Part shown: positions 57,148 to 64,000 of the stretch, in pieces
Layout of the letters: each line of letters begins with the position of its first letter
Numbering within the stretch: position 1 is the stretch's first letter
NCBI GenBank assembly: GCA_051859245.1
Contig: JBHYGA010000001.1
Span: forward strand, 64,001-128,000
DNA: 64,000 bases
Origin: Gemmatimonadaceae bacterium
Lineage (GTDB): Bacteria; Gemmatimonadota; Gemmatimonadetes; Gemmatimonadales; Gemmatimonadaceae
Reading direction: 5' to 3'
Notes under the pieces: generated by a model
Seen by the model: only the letters and a program-made list of their open reading frames with translations
Told to the model about the DNA's origin: nothing
The model's database searches: none
Made by a program: the position numbers and the translations under genes

Positions 57148-58551
57148 TTGCGCCATTCGTCCAGAGCATTTGTTCTCGTGCCTTCAATATTCCGGGATTT
57201 GCGTCTCGCGTGGTTCGTTCTGACGCTCTGCGCGTGTTGGTGCGCGTCGTTTGCACCTCGGACGGCCCGTGCCCACGAGATGCCACAGCGCGTGGCGATC
57301 ACGCTGCTGGTCAAACACGAAGCCGGTCGCCTGCACGTGCTGGTCCGCGTTCCCCTCGAAGCCATGCGCGACGTGGACTTTGTCACGCGCGCCGACAGCA
57401 CGCTCGATATTGCGCTCGCCACGCCGCTGCTTCGCGAGGCGGCCACGGTGTGGCTGGTGTCGGGTCTCTCGGCGTACGAAGACGGCCGAGCAATGCCCAT
57501 GGCCACGGTGCTGGCAACGCGCCTCGCCGAGCCTGCGGATCGCGCGTTCTCGCGATACGAGATGGCGCTCTCGGCGCTGCAGCGGTCTGAGGTGGACACA
57601 ACGATCCGGGTGCGACGCGAAGAGGCGCTGCTCGATGTGTGGCTGGAGTATCCAGTTGCCAACGCTGGCGCGCGCTTTGAGGTCGAACCGAAGCTCGCGA
57701 ATCTGGGCGTGCGCACGGTGACCGTGCTGCGCTATGTGCTAAACGACAATACCGAGCGGGCCTTTCAGTACGCCGGCGATCCGGGGCGCATTGCGCTTGA
57801 TCCGCGCTGGTACCAGGCGGCACGAACCTTTGTGTCACTCGGATTCACGCACATTCTCGGCGGTATTGATCATCTGCTGTTTGTGTTCTGTCTGGTGATA
57901 CCGGTGCGTCGCTGGCGCCCACTCGTCGCGATCGTGTCGGCGTTCACGGTTGCGCATTCCCTCACGCTGGCCACGGCGGCGTTGGGTTACACACCGGACG
58001 CACTCTGGTTTCCGCCGCTCGTGGAAACGCTGATCGCCGCGTCCATCGTATATATGGCGATCGAAAACGTGGTTCGCCCTGAAAAAGCACTCGAGCGTCG
58101 CTGGCCCATGGCGTTTGGCTTCGGGCTCGTTCACGGCTTTGGCTTTTCGTTCGCGCTGGCGGAGTCGCTGCAGTTTGTGGGCTCGCATCTCGTGACGTCA
58201 CTGGCCGCATTCAACGTGGGTGTGGAGCTCGGACAGGTGGCGGTGCTTGCGGTGGCGGTGCCGGCGCTCGCGTTCGTCGCGAAGCGCGTGCCAAATCGGT
58301 ACGCCCTCACGGTCGCGCTCTCGGCCATCGTTGCACACTCGGCGTGGCACTGGATGACGGAGCGCGGCGCCGAGCTGCTCACGTATGACGTATCGCTGGT
58401 GGCGCCAGGCGCGGTAGTATGGCTGACGGTGTTGCGCGGCGCGCTGCTGCTGGCGGTCGCCGGCGCCGTTGCCTGGGGCCTTTCGGGCGTGTTTGACCGG
58501 CTGTCCGCTGAGCCGGGCGGTCGGGCAGCGCCACCGGAGCAGGCGGTGTAG
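57148..58551 (+). CDS. HupE/UreJ family membrane protein with an N-terminal soluble domain
   Basis: ARA-HE mature N-terminus; GFTHILGGIDHLLF, AFTVAHSLTL, FGLVHGFGF, FNVGVELGQ; start uncertain. Confidence 0.88.
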   Translation: MRHSSRAFVLVPSIFRDLRLAWFVLTLCACWCASFAPRTARAHEMPQRVAITLLVKHEAGRLHVLVRVPLEAMRDVDFVTRADSTLDIALATPLLREAATVWLVSGLSAYEDGRAMPMATVLATRLAEPADRAFSRYEMALSALQRSEVDTTIRVRREEALLDVWLEYPVANAGARFEVEPKLANLGVRTVTVLRYVLNDNTERAFQYAGDPGRIALDPRWYQAARTFVSLGFTHILGGIDHLLFVFCLVIPVRRWRPLVAIVSAFTVAHSLTLATAALGYTPDALWFPPLVETLIAASIVYMAIENVVRPEKALERRWPMAFGFGLVHGFGFSFALAESLQFVGSHLVTSLAAFNVGVELGQVAVLAVAVPALAFVAKRVPNRYALTVALSAIVAHSAWHWMTERGAELLTYDVSLVAPGAVVWLTVLRGALLLAVAGAVAWGLSGVFDRLSAEPGGRAAPPEQAV

Positions 58552-58691
58552 TGATGTCGGGAATCGGTGCTGCGCTGGCCTGCGGGCGCGTGTGGCGACA
58601 GATTCAAGCTCTGCTGTGGTACATCGCTTCTGACTCAAAATTCCGTATGATTGCTTGCTCGGCGAAGTTGCCGCAGAATCGGCGTTGGAGA

Positions 58692-59123
58692 ATGCTGGCG
58701 CTCATGGTGGCGTGTCTCGCAACGATTGTGGCGCCGCGGACTGTGCTCGCGCAGGGCCCGGCGGCGCGTACCACCGTTGACGGTGTGTACACGTCGGTGC
58801 AGGCCACGAAGGGCGCGGACATCTACGCCATGTTGTGCCAGTCGTGTCACTCAGCCGAGTCGCACACAGGCGCGCCGTTTCGCAACAAGTGGGTCGGCAA
58901 GCCGCTCGGCGAACTCTTCGCGTATATCAGCAGTGAAATGCCAAAGACGGAGCCCGGTTCGCTGAGTGCTGATGAGTATACGGTGGTGTTGGCCTACATT
59001 CTCAAAATGAATGGCATGCCTGCGGGACGACGATCGCTTGTGGCGGATGCGTCCGCGCTGGATTCCATTCGCATTGATCTTCCGAAAAAAGGCGTAACTG
59101 GCGGCAGCTCGCGCCAGCGCTGA
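58692..59123 (+). CDS. Monoheme cytochrome c
   Basis: DGVYT..QATKG..IY..LCQSCH...EMP..EPGSL; start uncertain (ORF open from 58551). Confidence 0.88.
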   Translation: MLALMVACLATIVAPRTVLAQGPAARTTVDGVYTSVQATKGADIYAMLCQSCHSAESHTGAPFRNKWVGKPLGELFAYISSEMPKTEPGSLSADEYTVVLAYILKMNGMPAGRRSLVADASALDSIRIDLPKKGVTGGSSRQR

Positions 59124-59207
59124 CCTGTTTGCAGTACCGGTTGCCGAACCGCTGTCCCCTCCTGTCGGCAACCGCACGTGATCCCCACACGATCGAGAGT
59201 GCGCGTC

Positions 59208-61427
59208 ATGGCAACATCGACGAGATCCCGACAGAATATTGCGTCCGCGGTCATGGGCGTACTGTCCCTTGCAGGCGTTATCTGGTGGCACGCGCAAGCG
59301 TTGGTCGCGGCGCCACCGGCACCGGCGGCTGTGGTGCTTGAGCGCGGCAACGTGCCAGGTGAATGGCGCTACTGGGGCGGCGACGCGTGGAGTTCGCGCT
59401 ACTCGCCGCTCGATCAGATCAACGCGCGCAACTTTGACTCACTCGAAACGGCGTGGCAGTGGAACGCCGGCGCGTTTGGCAAAGACGAGTACTATCGCAC
59501 CACACCGCTCTACGCGAACGGCAGACTGTTCACCGTGGCATCAACGCGTCGTGTCGCCACCGCGATTGATCCGGAGACGGGCGAGACGTTGTGGATGTGG
59601 CGTCTTGACGAGGGTATTCGCTGGCAGAAAGCGCCGCGGCAGTTTGCCGGTCGAGGGTTGGCGTACTGGAATGAAGGTACGGAAGAGCGCGTGATCGTGG
59701 TCACGCCCGGATATCACATGGCGTCACTCGATGCCAAAACGGGCCAGCCCGATCCCAAGTTTGGCAAGAATGGCATTGTGGATTTGCAGGACGGATTGGG
59801 ATTGCCGCTGGTACCGCTTGCGGTTGATGATTCCGGTCCGCTGATCATTTCCGACGCTGCGCCAGCGCGCAAAGCGAAGCCCGGCGAAACCTGGGATCCA
59901 GTGCGCAAGATTGGCGCCGATGGCACGGTTGGTATTGATCCGTCACTTGGACAGATCGCGAACAGCTCACCGGCGATCATTGTTGGTGATGTCATCATTG
60001 TGGGCAGCTCGTCGATTCACGGCTACTATCCGATTCGTGTTCGCAACCTGCCGGGTTATGTGCGCGGCTTTGATGTGAAGACGGGCAAGCAGTTGTGGAA
60101 GTTCAATCTTGTGCCGGAACCCGGTGAGTTTGGTGCGGACACCTGGAAGAACGGCTCAAAGATCGGCGATGAAGGTGTGGGCAAGAACGACGCGTGGGCT
60201 ACGTTGTCGGCGGATCCCGAGCTCGGTTTGGTGTACATCCCCGTTGGCATGCCGCTCATGGACGAGTACGGCGGTCATCGTCCGGGCGACAATCTGTTCG
60301 GCAACAGTCTCGTCGCACTCGATGTCAAAACCGGTCAGCGCAAGTGGCACTTCCAGATGGTGCATCACGACATCTGGGACTACGACACGCCGATGGCGCC
60401 AAACCTGATGGACGTCACGATTGACGGACGCGCACGCAAGATCATTGCGCAGCCAACGAAGCAAGGTTGGTTGTACGTGTTTGATCGTGCGACTGGTGTC
60501 CCGATCTGGCCGATTGAAGAGAAGGCAGTGCTGAAAAGCGAAGTGCCGGGCGAAGTGAGTGCTCCAACGCAGCCGATTCCCAGCAAGCCGGCGCCGTACG
60601 CGCAGCAGGGACTCGAAGAAGAAGATCTCATTGACTACACACCGGCGATCAAGGACTCGGCGCTCAAACTCGCGCGTCGTTGTCGCATGGGACCGTACTA
60701 CATTCCCGCGTCGCTGAGCGATGGCAGCACGCCGAGTGGTATGCGCTGTTCGTGGTACGCGCCGGGAGCGGCGGGTGGTGTGAATATTGACGGTGGTGCG
60801 TCGATCGATCCGGAAACGGGCATGTTGTATGTGGCGTCACAGAGTGGGCTGAGCACGATTTCGTTGCAGAAGGATCCGTGCTCCGAATTCCGCTACAGTT
60901 CGCCGCGCGATAACTGCGGATTGATTGGTGCGCTTGAGCCGCCGCCAGGTTACAAGCCGCCGTCAGAGCGTCCAGGTGGTTTTGCGGGTCGCGGTGGTGC
61001 GTCGCAGATTGGTGGTGTGTCCATTCTCAAGCCGCGCGAACTTGGTGGCGTGACGGCGTACAACATGAGCACGGGTGAGAAAGCCTGGTGGATTCCGAAT
61101 GGTGGATTTATTCCGACCACAAGTCGTGATCCGTTGTTTGCCGGTGTTACGTTGCCGCCGCGTTCGTCCGCCGGTCAGGCACAGGTGATTACCACCAAGT
61201 CTCTCGTGATCTACGGCACGGGACGCAGCGGTGGTGTTCCAGGTCAGCCGCCGCAGTTGTTTGCGGTTGACAAGGCCACTGGCAAGCAGGTTGGTGCGGT
61301 GGAAATTCCGTCCAAGACCACGGCGGTGCCGATGACGTTCATGCACAAAGGCAAGCAGTACATCGTGTTCGCGACGGGCGTTGGTTCCAACGCAATGCTG
61401 GTGTCGCTGCGGTTGCCGGCGAAGTAG
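59208..61427 (+). CDS. PQQ-dependent dehydrogenase (glucose-dehydrogenase-like quinoprotein)
   Basis: SRYSPLDQIN, TTPL, GRGLAYW, PGYVRGFDVKTG, GDNLFGNSLVALD, HHDIWDYD, TKQG, PMTF...GKQYIV. Confidence 0.9.
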   Translation: MATSTRSRQNIASAVMGVLSLAGVIWWHAQALVAAPPAPAAVVLERGNVPGEWRYWGGDAWSSRYSPLDQINARNFDSLETAWQWNAGAFGKDEYYRTTPLYANGRLFTVASTRRVATAIDPETGETLWMWRLDEGIRWQKAPRQFAGRGLAYWNEGTEERVIVVTPGYHMASLDAKTGQPDPKFGKNGIVDLQDGLGLPLVPLAVDDSGPLIISDAAPARKAKPGETWDPVRKIGADGTVGIDPSLGQIANSSPAIIVGDVIIVGSSSIHGYYPIRVRNLPGYVRGFDVKTGKQLWKFNLVPEPGEFGADTWKNGSKIGDEGVGKNDAWATLSADPELGLVYIPVGMPLMDEYGGHRPGDNLFGNSLVALDVKTGQRKWHFQMVHHDIWDYDTPMAPNLMDVTIDGRARKIIAQPTKQGWLYVFDRATGVPIWPIEEKAVLKSEVPGEVSAPTQPIPSKPAPYAQQGLEEEDLIDYTPAIKDSALKLARRCRMGPYYIPASLSDGSTPSGMRCSWYAPGAAGGVNIDGGASIDPETGMLYVASQSGLSTISLQKDPCSEFRYSSPRDNCGLIGALEPPPGYKPPSERPGGFAGRGGASQIGGVSILKPRELGGVTAYNMSTGEKAWWIPNGGFIPTTSRDPLFAGVTLPPRSSAGQAQVITTKSLVIYGTGRSGGVPGQPPQLFAVDKATGKQVGAVEIPSKTTAVPMTFMHKGKQYIVFATGVGSNAMLVSLRLPAK

Positions 61428-61504
61428 GGGAACGTATCGCGGGCGTGATCCGGCCGGCTGGGGAACTGCGGCGGGAAGGGCACGAAAGCATGAAGGGCAC
61501 AAAG

Positions 61505-61547
61505 AACTGCACCCACTTTGCGATTGGCAAAGTGGGTGCAGTTTTTT
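61505..61547. terminator. Probable bidirectional intrinsic terminator
   Basis: 17-bp perfect stem aactgcacccactttgc / gcaaagtgggtgcagtt plus T-tract, between convergent genes. Confidence 0.8.
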
Positions 61548-61573
61548 GCGGATGGGTGGTTCGCGCGGCAGCG

Positions 61574-62089
61574 CTACAAGTTCACGACCGTGCTCTTGTC
61601 GATTTCGAGTGTGGTACGTGCAGCGTTGAGTGACACTGCATAGCGGGCAAGCGGTAAAGGCGCTGGCCCCGCCACATTGACGCCGCTCGTGTCGAACTCC
61701 GAGCCGTGGCACTGGCACTTCATGCGTGAAGAATCAAAGATGGAAATTCCGCAACCGGAGTGTGTGCACACATTGGTGAATGCACGATAGTCGGTCGGTG
61801 CCAAGCGCAAGATGATCAGTTGCTGATCGCTGATCACGAGCGCCGATCCATCGGTTCGCAGGTCGTTGATGCGATTGAGCGCGACCGTGATGCGACTGCC
61901 GGTCACGGTGATCGCGTCGTTGGTTTCACCAGACGGTGCGGTCGCGGAACTCTCGCCGCCGCACGCGATAAACACCGCCAGTGCCGGCAAAAGGCGCAGC
62001 AGCTCACGGCGTGAGCATGTTTGCGCGCAGTGGTGTGTAACCGATTCAGGTGACGCGACTGTGTCGCGATTGAGATTCGCTGCATCCAT
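61574..62089 (-). CDS. Rieske [2Fe-2S] protein, probable Tat lipoprotein
   Basis: CTHSGC...CQCHGSEFD...GPAPLPL; SRRELL followed by an IAC lipobox. Confidence 0.88.
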   Translation of the reverse strand: MDAANLNRDTVASPESVTHHCAQTCSRRELLRLLPALAVFIACGGESSATAPSGETNDAITVTGSRITVALNRINDLRTDGSALVISDQQLIILRLAPTDYRAFTNVCTHSGCGISIFDSSRMKCQCHGSEFDTSGVNVAGPAPLPLARYAVSLNAARTTLEIDKSTVVNL

Positions 62090-62327
62090 CCACGAAGTAT
62101 CGTGACATTCGCGCGTTTTCAACATGGACGCGAAGCGCTCGCGACAAAGTATGTACAGCTCTGTGACAGAGTCGTCTACGAACTGTCGCAGTTCGACGCA
62201 ACCTTCGATGCGAGCCGAAGACTGCGCGTGTGCGCAGCCAGGCCATTGGCGCAATCGACGACCACCAAACGGTGCAAGTCGTATGGCCAGCAGATGAAAC
62301 GCTATTGTCGGGTGTCGCACCCGAAGG

Positions 62328-63800
62328 ATGCAACAAATGAAGCAGTTGTCTGCTCGACTCGCTCAAGTCGCCGCATTGGCGCTTCTTAGCACTGTAGTGG
62401 TGGCGTGCTCCGACGATGAAGATGGTGATTTGACAGGTTCGGGAGCCGCGCCTGTTGCGCTGACCAACAAGTCGGTCACCCCGTCGCTGATCAAGAGCCT
62501 CGTAAGCGGCGTTGACATTTACAGCGTGATCAGCAGCGATGATGTGCTGCCGGAATCGCCCGGCTTTGTTTTCGGCGGATCAGCTGACGGGCTTGGACTC
62601 ATCAGGAACGCCGACGGCACATTCATGGTGCTGACCAACCACGAAGACAACTTCGCGGTGTCGCGCGTGATGTTCGATGCAACCTTCAAACCAGTGCGCG
62701 GCGATTACGTGGTGAACTCCACCGCTGGCAAGTATCGCCTGTGTTCCGCGACGCTTGCCACGCCCGCCATTCACGGCTTTGGACCGGTGTTCCTGACCGC
62801 CGGCGAGAGCAATGAAGAGTCGCAGATCCTGGCTGTCACGCCGACCGGCGCTGCGAATACGCCGCAGTACCTGACGGGCATGGGCCGCTGGAACGCGGAA
62901 AATGCGGTTCCGCTTCCGGCGACCGCATTTCCGAATCGCACGGTCGTGATGCTCGGCGACGACGACTCCAACGCCGAAGGCGGTCAGATCGCGATGTATC
63001 TGTCCACCACCGTTGGTGATCTCAACAACGGCAAGATTTACGTATTGGCGCGCAACGACAACAACACGCGCGAGCGTGACATGGTCGTGGGTCAGACGTA
63101 TCCGGTGACGTTCCGGGAGATCGCGAACCACACCACGTTGACCGGCCGTCAGATCAACCAGGCGTCTGCCGCAGTGAACTCTGTTGGCTTTGGTCGTGTT
63201 GAAGACATTGACTATCGCAAGGGTACCGCTGGGCGTGAGATGTACATCGCCGTTACGGGCCAGCCCACCACGGGTGTAAACACCGCGTACACCCGCACCA
63301 AGTACGGTCGCGTGTACCGACTCGTTCTCGATGCAAACAACCCCTTGCAGGGCACGATTGAAGTGATTCTTGATGGTGACGATCGTAATGGCCCGGCTCG
63401 TCAGTTCCAGAATCCCGATAACGTGATGGTCACGCAGAACTACGTGTACGTGCAGGAAGATGACAACGGCTACGGCGATGAAACGCATGACGCCTACATC
63501 TACCAGTACAACATCGCCTCGCGCGAGATTCGTCCGGTGCTGGAGCTGGACCACCGTCGTACGCAGCCAGACGCCGCGATCTACAACGCGTCGGGCGCGC
63601 GGCCAGCGGGCAAGGCGGGCTGGGAATACGGTGCGATGATCGACGTCTCCAGCGAGCTAGGTAACGAGAACACGTTCCTCCTCGCCCTGCAGCCGCATTC
63701 GTGGCGCGGTGACAAGTATCGCGGCGTCGATGGTGGCACGATCCGCCCCACGGAAAACCAGGCCAGCATGCTCGTGCTGGTGAAAGGTTTGCCGCGCTAA
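62328..63800 (+). CDS. PhoX/DUF839-like beta-propeller lipoprotein (putative alkaline phosphatase)
   Basis: VAC lipobox; TNHE, RLCSA, AGE, GRWNAEN, RVED, NPDN, QED, QPH residues typical of PhoX. Confidence 0.75.
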   Translation: MQQMKQLSARLAQVAALALLSTVVVACSDDEDGDLTGSGAAPVALTNKSVTPSLIKSLVSGVDIYSVISSDDVLPESPGFVFGGSADGLGLIRNADGTFMVLTNHEDNFAVSRVMFDATFKPVRGDYVVNSTAGKYRLCSATLATPAIHGFGPVFLTAGESNEESQILAVTPTGAANTPQYLTGMGRWNAENAVPLPATAFPNRTVVMLGDDDSNAEGGQIAMYLSTTVGDLNNGKIYVLARNDNNTRERDMVVGQTYPVTFREIANHTTLTGRQINQASAAVNSVGFGRVEDIDYRKGTAGREMYIAVTGQPTTGVNTAYTRTKYGRVYRLVLDANNPLQGTIEVILDGDDRNGPARQFQNPDNVMVTQNYVYVQEDDNGYGDETHDAYIYQYNIASREIRPVLELDHRRTQPDAAIYNASGARPAGKAGWEYGAMIDVSSELGNENTFLLALQPHSWRGDKYRGVDGGTIRPTENQASMLVLVKGLPR

Positions 63801-63819
63801 TCCCTGTCCTTCATCAGGT

Positions 63820-63853
63820 GCGGGCCGAGACAATCATGTCTCGGCCCGCTTTC
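63820..63853 (+). terminator. Stem-loop after the PhoX-like gene
   Basis: 13-bp stem gcgggccgagaca / tgtctcggcccgc followed by a short tttc. Confidence 0.6.
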
Positions 63854-63875
63854 TATTCAGCGCCCTTTCAGAATC

Positions 63876-64000
63876 ATGCGAACAATCAAGTACTTGTTGT
63901 GTGCGGCTGCCATCTCCGCGTGCGCGCCGTCGGTTGACAAAGAAGCATCGACCAACCGCGCCGCAGGAAACGTCGCCGTGCGTGAACAATGGGTGTCACA
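63876..64000 (+). CDS. 5' fragment of a probable lipoprotein running off the right edge (MRTIKYLLCAAAISACAPS...)
   Basis: ATG at 63876, signal peptide with ISAC lipobox, open to the window end. Confidence 0.6.
   Translation, partial: MRTIKYLLCAAAISACAPSVDKEASTNRAAGNVAVREQWVS

Noticed and set aside
60360..60390. WDYD in the PQQ enzyme as a lanthanide-binding signature
   Set aside because: That rule applies to XoxF/ExaF-type alcohol dehydrogenases; this protein lacks the vicinal CC and looks glucose-dehydrogenase-like, where WDxD is ordinary
1..64000. Prophage, integrative element or recognised defence island
   Set aside because: No integrase, transposase, phage structural gene or recognisable defence gene, and no obvious compositional shift by eye

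Overview
A GC-rich, gene-dense bacterial chromosomal window. Gene content (several Hanks-type kinases, many secreted beta-propeller/FG-GAP/PQQ proteins) suggests Gemmatimonadota, but that is inference. It holds about 54 CDS: amine oxidase, CheR plus hybrid kinase, lon, two tandem Ser/Thr kinases, DEAD and DEAH helicases, pfkA, TetR, an ECF sigma factor, ispH, a serpin, beta-oxidation genes, msrA/msrB, a secreted-protein cluster, a PQQ-dehydrogenase cluster and a PhoX-like gene. I saw no rRNA, tRNA, CRISPR array, transposase or integrase. The most unusual signals are: (1) two related ~240-bp rod-like palindromic elements (5644-5884, 13021-13258) with compensatory base changes and unrelated centres, bracketing the lon/kinase/kinase block; (2) a ~350-bp nested four-arm palindrome (53206-53555) sharing the GTTGCAGTT/AACTGCAAC end motif; (3) a DEAH-like helicase whose motif Ia seems to precede the Walker A motif; (4) paralogous kinase/membrane-hairpin/helical-tail proteins with no extracellular sensor; (5) CheR coupled to a kinase with Q-x-E-E heptads but no CheB. 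Several regulatory sites are readable: two sigma54 promoters, a TetR operator and a CRP/FNR-like site. All product calls come from motif recognition by eye, with no database searches.
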